Source of the DNA: Bacteroidota bacterium
GTDB lineage: Bacteria > Bacteroidota > Ignavibacteria > Kryptoniales > JAKASW01
DNA length: 64,000 bases
Direction of reading: 5' to 3'
Assembly: GCA_023480735.1 (NCBI GenBank)
Contig: JAMCXB010000043.1
Coordinates: 12,750 to 76,749, forward strand
The notes under the pieces are model-generated. The model searched no databases, was not told where the DNA came from, and was given only the letters and a program-made list of their open reading frames with translations. Positions within the stretch are counted from its first letter, which is position 1. Each line of letters opens with the position of its first letter. Of the stretch, positions 8,519-19,450 are shown piece by piece. The translations under genes and the position numbers were made by a program.

Positions 8519-9283
8519 ATGCCAAGAGTAACTGTAGAAGCACTCCTCTCATCGGGTGCTCATTTCGGACATCTAACCCGCCGTTGGGATCCCAAGATGA
8601 AGCCCTACATCTTCATGGAACGAAACGGGATCCATATTATTGACCTACGCCAGACACAACAGCTTCTTGAAGAGTCTTGCGACGTAATGGCTAATCTCGC
8701 TGCCGAAGGGAGAAAGGTCCTTTATGTCGGAACAAAGAAGCAGGCGCGCGATATAATTCGTCAACAGGCTGAAAGGGCTGGAGTCCATTACGTTACCGAG
8801 CGATGGCTCGGCGGAATGCTTACCAACTTCACTACAATCCGCAAGAGTGTCAGGAGGCTTCAGCATATCGAAAAAATGGAAAGTGACAATACGATCGAGA
8901 GCCTGACGAAAAAAGAAGGTCTCCGCCTGAAGAGGGAGAAGGAGAAGCTTGACAAGATACTCTCCGGTGTCCGCGATATGAATAAGCTTCCCGGTGCTGT
9001 GTTTGTTGTGGATATAAAGAAGGAACATATTGCCATAAAGGAAGCGGAAAGACTGGGTATCCCGATATTCGCGATGGTTGATACGAACTGTGATCCTGAT
9101 CCGATCGACTATGTAATCCCTTCAAACGATGATGCGGCGAAGGCGATAGAGGTTGTAGTGACTGCATTGACCGACGCCTATGTGGAAGGAAGCCAGCGCG
9201 CGAAAGAATTGAAAGTTGAAGCTATGATGGAGCATTCCGCGGGATCTGCCGATGCGTCCACCAAAGAAGGAACTGGAAAGTAA
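8519..9283 (+). CDS. rpsB: 30S ribosomal protein S2
   Basis: ATG 8519 behind AAAGGAG. N-terminus [24 protein letters not shown]. The 56-codon upstream extension in the ORF track has no S2-like sequence. Confidence 0.95.
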   Translation: MPRVTVEALLSSGAHFGHLTRRWDPKMKPYIFMERNGIHIIDLRQTQQLLEESCDVMANLAAEGRKVLYVGTKKQARDIIRQQAERAGVHYVTERWLGGMLTNFTTIRKSVRRLQHIEKMESDNTIESLTKKEGLRLKREKEKLDKILSGVRDMNKLPGAVFVVDIKKEHIAIKEAERLGIPIFAMVDTNCDPDPIDYVIPSNDDAAKAIEVVVTALTDAYVEGSQRAKELKVEAMMEHSAGSADASTKEGTGK

Positions 9284-9285
9284 AA

Positions 9286-9891
9286 ATGGAAATAACGGTT
9301 GAAATGGTAAAATCCCTTCGGGACCTCACCGGAGCGGGGATGATGGAGTGTAAGAAAGCTCTTCAAGAAACAAACGGTGACATGGAGCAGGCAAAGAGGG
9401 TCCTTCGGGCTCATGGCGCACAGGTCGCGGAGAAAAGGTCAGGCCGGGAAGCCAAACAGGGCGTCGTTGAATCGTACATTCATGCCGGCGGACGCATCGG
9501 AGCAATGGTCGAAGTCAATTGCGAAACGGACTTCGTAGCCCGGACCGAAGAGTTTAAGCAGCTCGCCCGGGACATCGCTATGCAGATCGCCGCAATGAGC
9601 CCGCTCGTTGTGAGCCGTGAAGAGGTCCCCGCGGAGCTTTTGCAGAAGGAATTAAGCGAGTATCGCGAGGAAGCTTCATCAGAGGGAAAGTCTGAGGAAG
9701 TAGCCGAGAAGGTCACGAATGGGAGACTCGAGAAGTTTTATCAGGAAGTCGTCCTCCTTGAGCAGGCATTCATAAAGGACCCACAGCGAATGATCAAGGA
9801 TCTAATTACCGATATGTCCGGAAAGACGGGAGAGAACGTGTCGATCAGAAGGTTCCAGAGGTTTGAGCTTGGAGTCGATGGTTCAAGGTGA
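9286..9891 (+). CDS. tsf: translation elongation factor Ts (short ~200-aa form)
   Basis: N-terminal UBA-like VKSLRDLTGAGMMECKKALQETNGDMEQA. Canonical position after rpsB. Confidence 0.9.
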   Translation: MEITVEMVKSLRDLTGAGMMECKKALQETNGDMEQAKRVLRAHGAQVAEKRSGREAKQGVVESYIHAGGRIGAMVEVNCETDFVARTEEFKQLARDIAMQIAAMSPLVVSREEVPAELLQKELSEYREEASSEGKSEEVAEKVTNGRLEKFYQEVVLLEQAFIKDPQRMIKDLITDMSGKTGENVSIRRFQRFELGVDGSR

Positions 9892-9938
9892 AAAGCGTTG
9901 TGAATCTCCGTTAGCACTTGTTGCGTAGAGGGTTTCGG

Positions 9939-9973
9939 AAGCTGCACTAGCTTGTGAGGGTGCAGCTTTTTTT
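9939..9973 (+). terminator. rho-independent terminator after tsf
   Basis: Stem aagctgca (9939-9946) / tgcagctt (9961-9968) followed by a T7 run. Confidence 0.7.
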
Positions 9974-9982
9974 ATGTGTTGA

Positions 9983-11334
<1,352 letters not shown>

Positions 11335-11362
11335 ATAAGAAGGACCGGATGTGATTCATTTC

Positions 11363-11387
11363 AAAGCGGCGCAAGCCGCTTTTTTTT
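11363..11387. terminator. terminator hairpin between the convergent frr and histidine kinase genes
   Basis: Stem aaagcggc / gccgcttt with a gcaa tetraloop, then T7 on the + strand. An A-rich 5' flank allows use from both strands. Confidence 0.7.
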
Positions 11388-11398
11388 GTCTTCTAAAG

Positions 11399-12892
11399 TC
11401 AGGAGAGTGCGTCAGCAGTCCGCGGCTCAGCCAGGCCACCTACGGAAAGAGCCGGAAGGGTGATGGTCACCGTTGTCCCGCTTCCCATCTGGCTGTCTAT
11501 CGCAATCGCGCCATGATGTGATTCGATGAGAGATCGGGCGATTGAAAGACCCAACCCGCTTCCGCGTTGTGCGGCGCCGGATGAACGTGACTTGTCGGCG
11601 CGATAAAATCTGTCGAACACGTGCGGGAGGTCCCGCGGAGGGATGCCGACGCCCTTGTCGACGATCAGCAGTCTTACAAGATCCTTCTCAGCTATCTGGA
11701 CTACTCTTATTGTTTCTCCGTCGTATGAATACTTTATGGCGTTGTCCAGAAGATTGATGAACGCGCTGAGGAGTTTGTCCCTATCGGCGGCGACAAATAC
11801 TTCCTCGTGTTCCCGGCCGGGAGTGTTCTGAACCTCGTAGTTTATCTGGATTGAACGCTGCGAAGCATACGCGGAAGTTTTGGAAATTGCGTCGAGTAGC
11901 AGTTCGTCGATTCTAATTGAGCGCATCTGAAGCTGAAGCTGCCCGCTTTCAAGTCGTGCCATGGTCAGCAGCTCGTCGACTATGTTCGTGATTCTCTTAA
12001 TCTCTTCGACAGAACTGTTCAGGATACTCACGTAATCTTCCGGTGTGCGAGGATTCTTAAGTGCAACCTCGATCTCGCCAAGCAGGATTGTTAACGGGGT
12101 CTTCAATTCGTGAGATGCGTCTGCGGTAAATTGCCTTTGAAGCGTGAAGGCGTCTTCGATTCTGTCAAACATGGCATTGAGAGTCTTGGAGAGACGCGAT
12201 ATTTCATCGTCGACTCTCTTCGTCTCCAGCCGCCTGTCGAGATGTTCAGCGGAGATGGACTGTGCCGTACGAATTATCCGGTCAATCGGGTCGAATGCCT
12301 TCTTCGCTAAATAGAATCCCCCCAGAGCCGCCGCCAGGATGGTCAACGGAACCGCGATGAGGAGCAAAATGCGGAGGCCGAGGAGGCTTTGATCCAGGAT
12401 CAAAGTGTTCGAAGCTACCTGGACAAGATATGTTGGGATGCCATTGTCGAACACGGGGTACGTAACGATTCGTAGGTGACCCTTTCTTATGAGGTGTGAA
12501 GATGTTCCTTTGTCAAGCGTCTGGAAGACTTGATGACGGCTGAGCGCGAGTGCAAGGACCTCAGGGGTAACCGGCAAATTGAGACTCTTTAGGCTTGTAG
12601 ATTTGATTACTATTGTGCCGTCGATTGACAGAACTTGCACGTACTCGTTCGTGCCAAAGTTCGCCGTAATGGGCTGCTGGATCAGTCCTGACTGAATTTC
12701 CAACTCAAGGCGCTCATCTCCCTTGATCTGTCCGGCAATTTCAAGGGCATCGTTGCTCAAGTTGAGATCGAAATTCTGTGCGCTTTGGCGAGCATACAGG
12801 AAATAGAGCGACCCGGCAAAAATAGAAAGTGTGAACCCGAAGATTACGACAAAGAGCAGTGTTATTTTTGCTCTAATCGTCCTCATTTTCAT
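11399..12892 (-). CDS. sensor histidine kinase (two TM segments, periplasmic domain, HAMP, HisKA, HATPase_c)
   Basis: H-box ADASHELKTPLT, N-box LLDNAIKYS, G-boxes DKGVGIP and GSGLGLSIA. Two hydrophobic segments flank a region of about 150 aa. Confidence 0.85.
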   Translation of the reverse strand: MKMRTIRAKITLLFVVIFGFTLSIFAGSLYFLYARQSAQNFDLNLSNDALEIAGQIKGDERLELEIQSGLIQQPITANFGTNEYVQVLSIDGTIVIKSTSLKSLNLPVTPEVLALALSRHQVFQTLDKGTSSHLIRKGHLRIVTYPVFDNGIPTYLVQVASNTLILDQSLLGLRILLLIAVPLTILAAALGGFYLAKKAFDPIDRIIRTAQSISAEHLDRRLETKRVDDEISRLSKTLNAMFDRIEDAFTLQRQFTADASHELKTPLTILLGEIEVALKNPRTPEDYVSILNSSVEEIKRITNIVDELLTMARLESGQLQLQMRSIRIDELLLDAISKTSAYASQRSIQINYEVQNTPGREHEEVFVAADRDKLLSAFINLLDNAIKYSYDGETIRVVQIAEKDLVRLLIVDKGVGIPPRDLPHVFDRFYRADKSRSSGAAQRGSGLGLSIARSLIESHHGAIAIDSQMGSGTTVTITLPALSVGGLAEPRTADALS

Positions 12893-13556
12893 CCCTTAAT
12901 ACGTAACCAGCCCCGACTATAGTGTGGATTAGCGGTTTGTCGAAATCCCTGTCAATTTTCTGTCGAAGCAGCTTAACGTAAACGTCGATTACGTTGGATT
13001 CCATGTCGAAGCTGACATTCCAGACGTGCTGAGCAATATAAGACCGCGACAGGATTTGCCCCTTGTTGCGCATAAGATATTCGAGAAGGGCAAACTCTCT
13101 CGTTGTTAAACGGATCGGGGTGCCATCGCGTTCGACTTTCCTTGAGACGGGGTCGAGTATCAGTCCTCCTACCTGAAGGACTGCAGATTTGTCTTGGCTT
13201 TTTCGTCGAAGCAGAGCCCTGATCCGGGCGAGGAGTTCTTCAAAATGAAAAGGCTTTGTCAGATAGTCGTCTGCGCCCGAATCGAGGCCCCGTACCTTAG
13301 CGTCGGTGTCTCCAAGGGCGGTTAACATCAAGACAGGTGTATCCACTTTCTTGCTGCGAATGTTTCGGCAGGTGGTTACCCCGTCCTGTGAAGGGAGGAG
13401 TACGTCGAGTATTATGGCATCGTAAGCGTTTTCGCAAGCCTGTTGTTCACCCTGCAGTCCGTCATATGCCACATCCACGGTATAGGATTGTTCCTCCAGG
13501 CCTTTACGGATGAAGGACGCTACTTTCTTTTCATCCTCGACGACAAGTATGCGCAT
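12873..13556 (-). CDS. OmpR/PhoB-family response regulator
   Basis: Receiver domain (MRILVVEDE, ILDVLLP, LTKPF) plus a winged-helix C-terminus (LTTREFALLEYLMRN...). Overlaps the kinase start by 20 nt. Confidence 0.9.
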   Translation of the reverse strand: MRILVVEDEKKVASFIRKGLEEQSYTVDVAYDGLQGEQQACENAYDAIILDVLLPSQDGVTTCRNIRSKKVDTPVLMLTALGDTDAKVRGLDSGADDYLTKPFHFEELLARIRALLRRKSQDKSAVLQVGGLILDPVSRKVERDGTPIRLTTREFALLEYLMRNKGQILSRSYIAQHVWNVSFDMESNVIDVYVKLLRQKIDRDFDKPLIHTIVGAGYVLRDENEDD

Positions 13557-13707
13557 TGTTCATTCTCTCTTTTACGAGAACGGTGGAGCAACTGAGATTG
13601 CTCCACCATGTCTGAATATTTTCTTTCAGCAGCAGATGCTGTCACTTGCCAGGCAAACCCGTCTGCCGACGATGCGGTTAAGAGCATAGACGGTAGGAGG
13701 TTCAGCG

Positions 13708-16700
13708 TCAGGGCTTCTCCGGCACCTTGAAATCTTTTAGCGCCTCGATAACGGCGTTTGCAACAGCGGGCCTGACTCTGGCGATTTTGTAGTTGTCTCT
13801 CGTCGGGCAGACGCGATTCGTTAGAAGGATTACGTATAATTTTCTAACGGGATCGACCCACACCGAAGTTCCTGTAAATCCTAGATGTCCCCAGGAATTG
13901 GGGGAGAAGTAACGTCCCGCGCTCGAGTGCTCGGGAGCTTTTGTGTCCCAGCCGAGAGCTCTTGTACTCAGACTCGAATGCCTCTTGGTAAAGAGTGCGA
14001 TAGTTGAATCATGGAGATATCGATGGCCGTCGTATACGCCGCCGTTGAGAAGCATTTGCAGGTAGATAGCAAGGTCATGGCTGGTTGAAAAGAGACCCGC
14101 GTGTCCGGCGACGCCGCCGAGCGAGCGGGAGTTTTCATCGTGGACGATACCCTGCAATAGATGACCCGCCGCAGCGTCGAATTCTGTCGGAGCGCACATG
14201 TCAACGAGTGATAATGGCGGCGTGAACATGGTTTCGGTCATCCCAAGCGGTTTATAGAAATTCTTTTCCACATACTCATTTATGGGCATCCCTGTTATTT
14301 TCTCGATGACTTTTGCAAGGACGAGGAAATTAATGTCGCTGTAAACCATTTTTGTCCCTGTCTTGTAGACAAGCGGGCTGGCATAAAGCGAGTCGTACAT
14401 TGCTCCGTGTGCTGCGAGAGCAGCCGGGTCGGTTAGGAAAAGCCTCGGGTGCTTCAGGAGTTCCATAAGGGTATCGTGCGGTATTGCTTTTGTGTCCCAC
14501 AAGTGCCGCGGCGGATCCGGCGGAAGTCCGGAATCATGTACGAGAAGGTTCATGATGGTTACTTTTTCTTTTCCGTTTTGCCCGAACTGCGGGATGTATT
14601 TGACGACAGGCGCATGAATGTCAAGTTTTCCTTCATCGTAGAGCTTCATCGCTGCAAAGGTCGTGGCTATGACTTTTGTCAGCGAGGCGAGGTCATACAT
14701 GGTTCTGAGCGTAATGCGTCTTGAGTAAGGGGAATAATCATAAGTCCCAAACGGCTTGTTGAACACGATTTTCCCGTCTTTTGCCACTAGAAGCTCTGCT
14801 CCGGGAAACGCGCTGTCGGCTATCCAGAAGTTCATAATTGAGTCGAGTCTAGCGAGCCGCTCGGCCGAGAAACCAGCCTCAATCGGGTCCGCATAGCTCA
14901 GGCTTGTCTTCTTCAGGTCGATCCCGTCTCCATACTTTGCAACTCCCGGAATCGTGACGGGAAGCTTCCCTGTTACATTTATCTCGCCGAAGAGCGCCTG
15001 AGCCGCCGCTTGGACGACGTACCTTGAACCGGAATAAGCGCAAACATAAGCAGACACGTTCGGAACGCTTCTCAAGAGATACGGGTTTCCGAATGAAACC
15101 ATAACGCTCGGCTTGCCTTCGCTCAGGAGAGTATCCAGAAATCCCTGGATCGGCTTGCTAAAATCGACTGTACCTTGGCCTGCGCTCCAGCTGACGTAAG
15201 TGGGGAGCAGTACCATATCAGCCGATTGTGCGAGTTGATAGATATTATCAAAATCTATTTGGTTCGACCATGGGCCAACCTGTCTGTAGATTACGTCTCT
15301 ATACCGGCTGGACAACTCTTGCCGGAACTGCTCGCCGGTTGCCGGATTTCCATTGTCGGACACTGTGAGGCACAGTATCTCCGGTGATTGATCATACTGA
15401 AGCGGAAGTATGTTTCCGTCGTTTTTCACTATGGTAATTGAACGGCGCGCCGCCTTTTCGGCCAACAGCCTGTGGCTTTGTATGCCTACTATCTTTGCAA
15501 TGTTGGCTATGTTGATGTAGCGGTCTCTGTCCAGGCCAAGCTCGGATTTGATCGTTAAAATCTTTCGTACTGACTCATCTATCCGTGCCTCACTTATCTC
15601 ACCTCTTTGCACCGCTTTGGTTATGGCGTTGATAGCAGTCTCCTCATCTGGGGGCATGAGAAGGATGTCGGCGCCCGCTTTTACTGCCATGACCGCTGCT
15701 TGCGCAGCCGAAAACTCGCTCGTCACGCCTCTCATTGTAAGCGCGTCTGTCACAACCAACCCATGAAAGCCGACGGAATCCTGAAGAAGTCCTGTTGATA
15801 TTTCCGGCGATAATGTCCCAGGCATATTTGAATTGCCTACGATCTTCGGAAAAGCTATGTGGGCCACCATGACTGATTTTATTCCCGCGGCAACGTCATC
15901 GCGAAATGGGACGAGCTCCACCTTTTCCAACCTGCCGTACCCAAAATCGATAACGGGAAGCGCCATGTGTGAATCGATATCTGTGTCTCCATGTCCCGGA
16001 AAATGTTTGGCAGTCGCCACAACTCCGGCGTCCTGCGTGCCGACGACGAAAGCGGATGCGAGTTTTCCGACAAGCTCCGGATTTTCTCCGAAAGACCGTA
16101 CGTTGATAATTGGATTATCAGGATTGTCGTTCACGTCTGAAACCGGTGCATAGTTTTGAAGGACGCCAACCGCGCGGGATTCCTCTCCGACAACTCTTCC
16201 GATCTTGTAAACTAATGCGGAATCTCTCGTTGCGCCCAGACCCATGTTGCTTGGGAAAGCGACGGCGTCCTGCAATCTCATTCCGAGCCCGTACTCATAG
16301 TCGGAAGAGACGAGCAGCGGAACCTTTGCGACACTCTGAAGCCTGTTCAGGACCATCGCTTGTTCATATACATCTCCCAGCGATACGACCAGACCGCCTA
16401 TTTTCAGGTCACGAACCAGGTGAACGAGTTGGTCGTAACTTCTATTGTCGTCGCTCATGTAATGTGTCATCGTGTAAGCGACAATCATCTGGGCGACTTT
16501 GTCGCGGAGCGAGAGCGATTGGAGGGTACTGTTGACCCACGTGGTGTCTACTTTCCAATGATAAATAGCCGTGTCGGGCAGCCCGGCAGAGGTTTCCGCG
16601 AGCGCAGCAGGCGTGGATGCTGCCTGAGGAATGACTTCCTTTGTCTGATATGTTCCCGTAGAACACGATACAAATGAAAAAGAGAGTGCTGCTAATAACA

Positions 16701-16719
16701 GTAAACTAGGTTTCATCAT
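13708..16719 (-). CDS. lipoprotein fusion: GH3 beta-N-acetylhexosaminidase (NagZ-like) + serine hydrolase/beta-lactamase-fold domain
   Basis: Lipobox ...SFSFVSC. GH3 motif KHFPGHGDTDIDSH in the N-half. SxxK (ASLTK), YSD and GHLGFTGT motifs in the C-half. 1003 aa. Confidence 0.85.
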   Translation of the reverse strand: MMKPSLLLLAALSFSFVSCSTGTYQTKEVIPQAASTPAALAETSAGLPDTAIYHWKVDTTWVNSTLQSLSLRDKVAQMIVAYTMTHYMSDDNRSYDQLVHLVRDLKIGGLVVSLGDVYEQAMVLNRLQSVAKVPLLVSSDYEYGLGMRLQDAVAFPSNMGLGATRDSALVYKIGRVVGEESRAVGVLQNYAPVSDVNDNPDNPIINVRSFGENPELVGKLASAFVVGTQDAGVVATAKHFPGHGDTDIDSHMALPVIDFGYGRLEKVELVPFRDDVAAGIKSVMVAHIAFPKIVGNSNMPGTLSPEISTGLLQDSVGFHGLVVTDALTMRGVTSEFSAAQAAVMAVKAGADILLMPPDEETAINAITKAVQRGEISEARIDESVRKILTIKSELGLDRDRYINIANIAKIVGIQSHRLLAEKAARRSITIVKNDGNILPLQYDQSPEILCLTVSDNGNPATGEQFRQELSSRYRDVIYRQVGPWSNQIDFDNIYQLAQSADMVLLPTYVSWSAGQGTVDFSKPIQGFLDTLLSEGKPSVMVSFGNPYLLRSVPNVSAYVCAYSGSRYVVQAAAQALFGEINVTGKLPVTIPGVAKYGDGIDLKKTSLSYADPIEAGFSAERLARLDSIMNFWIADSAFPGAELLVAKDGKIVFNKPFGTYDYSPYSRRITLRTMYDLASLTKVIATTFAAMKLYDEGKLDIHAPVVKYIPQFGQNGKEKVTIMNLLVHDSGLPPDPPRHLWDTKAIPHDTLMELLKHPRLFLTDPAALAAHGAMYDSLYASPLVYKTGTKMVYSDINFLVLAKVIEKITGMPINEYVEKNFYKPLGMTETMFTPPLSLVDMCAPTEFDAAAGHLLQGIVHDENSRSLGGVAGHAGLFSTSHDLAIYLQMLLNGGVYDGHRYLHDSTIALFTKRHSSLSTRALGWDTKAPEHSSAGRYFSPNSWGHLGFTGTSVWVDPVRKLYVILLTNRVCPTRDNYKIARVRPAVANAVIEALKDFKVPEKP

Positions 16720-17645
16720 TTTGCCTCTTCAATTTTGAAAGCCAGAAGCGCCGCTCCGACTGCAGGAGAGGATTCTGCTGGTTGTACTCCAATTTCCGGA
16801 AAGTCTTCAGCAATGATCTGTAAAAACTTTCGGGACAAAGGGTTTGACTTCGTAAGTATGCTTCCAATTAAGACAAGGGGAAGCGGCTCCTTGAGTTTGT
16901 TTATTACCGCCCGGACGTGATCCGATAGCTGCCTAGCACTCTCCGCTATTATGTCTATAGCTGTCTCATCACCGTTTTCCGCGGCTTCAAGGGTGACGGG
17001 CGCAGCGGAGGCGATATCAAAGTTCTTTTGATATACCTCTACGACCATCGACTGAGCATCCATGATATTCTTTTTCTCCCTCAGTAGCCGGGTCATCATA
17101 GTCTCCTTGCCGCGGCCGTCAAAAGCTCTCGCCACTGCGACGAGGCAGGCTCTTCCAATCGCATAACCGCTTCCTTCGTCGCCGATGAAGCGTCCCCAAC
17201 CTCCGATTCGATGAATTGAGTTTGCCTTATCCTTAGCAAAGAGAATTGAACCTGTGCCGCTAATTAGGATCATTCCCGGTTTGCCTCTGAAAGCACCCTC
17301 CAAAGCGGCTATTGCGTCGCTGCCGACACCAACTCCGGGAATCGGGAGGGACTTCTTACTAAGGAGTTCAATAAAAGCGGCGCGCATCCGATTAGCATCG
17401 TCAGGTCTTCCTGCACCCGCCAATCCCAGAAACATGGACTGGATACGTGAAAAGTCCGCACCGAGTTTCTCCAGCATCTTTTCTGTTACTTGCAGTATGT
17501 GTTCGGAAGCCCTTTCAACGCCAATGATCTGGAAATTTGCCGACTCACCTACAGACTCGGTGAGTATTTCCTTCTCGCGATTAAGAGCTACCCCGGCTGT
17601 CTTTGTTGCCCCGCCGTCAAAACCCAAATAGAGTGAATCATTCAT
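16716..17645 (-). CDS. BadF/BadG/BcrA/BcrD-type ATPase, N-acetylglucosamine-kinase-like sugar kinase
   Basis: Motifs LGFDGGATKT, ILISGTGS and GGWGRFIGDEGSG. Start moved to ATG 17645. Stop overlaps the GH3 start (ATGA). Confidence 0.75.
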   Translation of the reverse strand: MNDSLYLGFDGGATKTAGVALNREKEILTESVGESANFQIIGVERASEHILQVTEKMLEKLGADFSRIQSMFLGLAGAGRPDDANRMRAAFIELLSKKSLPIPGVGVGSDAIAALEGAFRGKPGMILISGTGSILFAKDKANSIHRIGGWGRFIGDEGSGYAIGRACLVAVARAFDGRGKETMMTRLLREKKNIMDAQSMVVEVYQKNFDIASAAPVTLEAAENGDETAIDIIAESARQLSDHVRAVINKLKEPLPLVLIGSILTKSNPLSRKFLQIIAEDFPEIGVQPAESSPAVGAALLAFKIEEAK

Positions 17646-17696
17646 GAAATAAAAAGTATCTTTTCTTCGACAAAAAGTCAATTTGTGCCGTAAAAC

Positions 17697-18804
17697 ATGT
17701 CAGGAGTCTCGAATTATGTATTTCGCGCTGCACTCCGGCAGAGCAGGAATGATAATCACCTTCTTAATGGGAGTGCTTCCTTGCGTCGAGGCTGTGCAAT
17801 ATTAGATTCGAAACATGGAAGAGATAATTGTGGACGTCAGGGGATTGCTTGGGTGTTCCTGTCGTTTGCCAGTTATCCGTTTGCTTACACCTTCGCGTCT
17901 CTTTCGTCGTGCATGCCCCAGTCGGGAGGCGTCTATTCATTCGCAAAGGAGGGCTTCGGCCAGCAGGCTGCGACGGTCACCTCATGGCTCTTCGCGCTGT
18001 GGTACATAGCGGGATCGCCGGCGGTAACGTTGATCGCGGCATCGTACCTGGCGTACGCGTTTCCTATGAGCAGAACGGATTTGTACCTGGTTGCGGCGGC
18101 GGTAATAGTGCTTACCTTCGTTGTCAATTACCGCGGAATAACTTTCAGCAATAAGGTTCAGCTCGGAGTCGTTATATCAATAGTGTTAATGCTGGTTGCA
18201 GCCGTTGCCACGTCTGTAAGCTCGGTGGAGCCGGGGAACTTCACGCCGCTCTTTCCAAATGGCATTTTGCCTGTCGGCACCGCCGCTGCCCTGATATTCT
18301 GGTCGTACCTGGGTTATGAAAACGTCTCGAACGTTGCGGAGGAATTCAAGAACCCGGAGCGCGATTTCAGGAGGAGCGTCGTAATCAGCGTCTTGCTGAT
18401 CGGCGTTCCTTATGTTTCCGTCGCTGTCGTCACTGTCGGGACGCGTGCGTACGAGGTGGGGGGAGCGTAGCGCCGTTCTCAGAAATATTCTACAGACTGT
18501 TGGGCAAATATGGAGCAGCAGGAACGGCTGCTCTCGCATTCTTCATCATATTCGGTGCTGCAAATGCTTACACAACAGGAATAACGAGAGTGATTTACGC
18601 AGCCGCGAAGGACTCGGGTTTTCCTCCGATGCCTGCGCATTTTATGTCTTCAACGCAAACCTTCAAACGGCGCTGCTATCATCGTTTACATCATCGGTTT
18701 CTCGGCGGGCATCAAGCTGCTTAAGGAAAGAGGCTGGAGGAAGAGTCTACCGTGGATGGCGCTGGCTATATCTGTCGTTGCTTTGCCTTTTGGGAGACAT
18801 CTCT
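17697..18804 (+). pseudogene. APC-family amino-acid permease remnant (multiple frame breaks, stop, internal deletion)
   Basis: Permease-like sequence (IAWVFLSFA...MPQSGGVYSFAKEGFG..., ...IFWSYLGYENVSNVAEEFKNPERD...) ends at a stop at 18470. It continues in another frame (FSEIFYRLLGKYGAAGTAALAFFIIFGAANAYTTGITRVIYAAAKD). Short pieces follow in two more frames (NANLQTALLSSF; AIIVYIIGFSAGIKLLKERGW...). The N-terminal TM region is also out of frame. Confidence 0.7.
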
Positions 18805-19022
18805 TTGTTTCCGACATTGTTTTCCAGGAAAACGAGAAATTCCTCTTGACAGAGATAAAGAGATTCTTCGTGGAGGCTGAAGTGTACCTTTTCATGCCTG
18901 ACCATGCACATTTCCTGCTTCGGGGAATGAGCGAAACCTCCGATGTATTGCGTGTCATGAAGGCATTCAAGCAGCAATCGGGGTTCTGGCTTTCCAAACA
19001 CAGGCATCATCCACGCCCTTAA
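18805..19022 (+). mobile_element. fragment of a REP-associated/IS200-like tyrosine (Y1) transposase, fused in frame to the permease remnant
   Basis: ...FLLTEIKRFFVEAEVYLFMPDHAHFLLRGMSETSDVLRVMKAFKQQSGFWLSK contains the characteristic hUH-type motif (MPDHAHFLL). Both the N-terminus and the C-terminal catalytic Tyr region are missing. Confidence 0.55.
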
Positions 19023-19266
19023 TCTTCCCGCATATTTTGCATGCCTCCTTATTGTCTCTTGTCTTCTTGTATCCGTCCCAGTGTTTGCACTGCAGTCCAA
19101 GGAATTCCCAGGCCAACCCGAGCTGTCGATAGATGTTGAAGAAGAGTTGAGATTCCTTTTTGCTGATTTTCTCGCTCTCCAGAAAAGTGTCGTTGACGAA
19201 ATCCATACTCCTGAAGAGGGTGTTCAGTTGCTTCTTAAGCTCTTTGATGGTTTGTTCTTGCCTCAT
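18967..19266 (-). CDS. hypothetical 99-aa protein (coiled-coil-like N-half, Cys cluster)
   Basis: ATG preceded by AAAGGAG at 6 nt. C-x14-C-x2-C (CKHW...CKICG) near the C-terminus. No family recognised. The 3' end overlaps the transposase remnant. Confidence 0.4.
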   Translation of the reverse strand: MRQEQTIKELKKQLNTLFRSMDFVNDTFLESEKISKKESQLFFNIYRQLGLAWEFLGLQCKHWDGYKKTRDNKEACKICGKIKGVDDACVWKARTPIAA

Positions 19267-19433
19267 TTGCTACTCCTTTCTTCAACGGCGTGGTCGTCTT
19301 TGGGGGCACAGCGGGATATACCTGTTAATTTGACCCCGTTTATTTCCTCCGGTAATCAAACCATTGAGGATAATGAGCAGGCTGCTCGCGTCAACCAACG
19401 GAATTCGGCGGGTCCGGAAAATCATTCGTCGCG

Positions 19434-19450
19434 TGAATGATAATCATTCA
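19434..19450. promoter_or_regulatory. Fur-box-like perfect palindrome
   Basis: TGAATGATAATCATTCA is a perfect 8-1-8 palindrome. Its 13-nt core AATGATAATCATT equals the centre of the classical Fur box GATAATGATAATCATTATC. An extra half-site, aatcattc, lies at 19419-19426. Confidence 0.45.

Noticed and set aside
13583-13608. Hairpin ggtggagca/tgctccacc between the GH3 gene and the response regulator, considered as an intrinsic terminator.
   Set aside because: No U-run follows it on either strand. It is mentioned under the GH3 finding only as a possible regulatory or processing structure.
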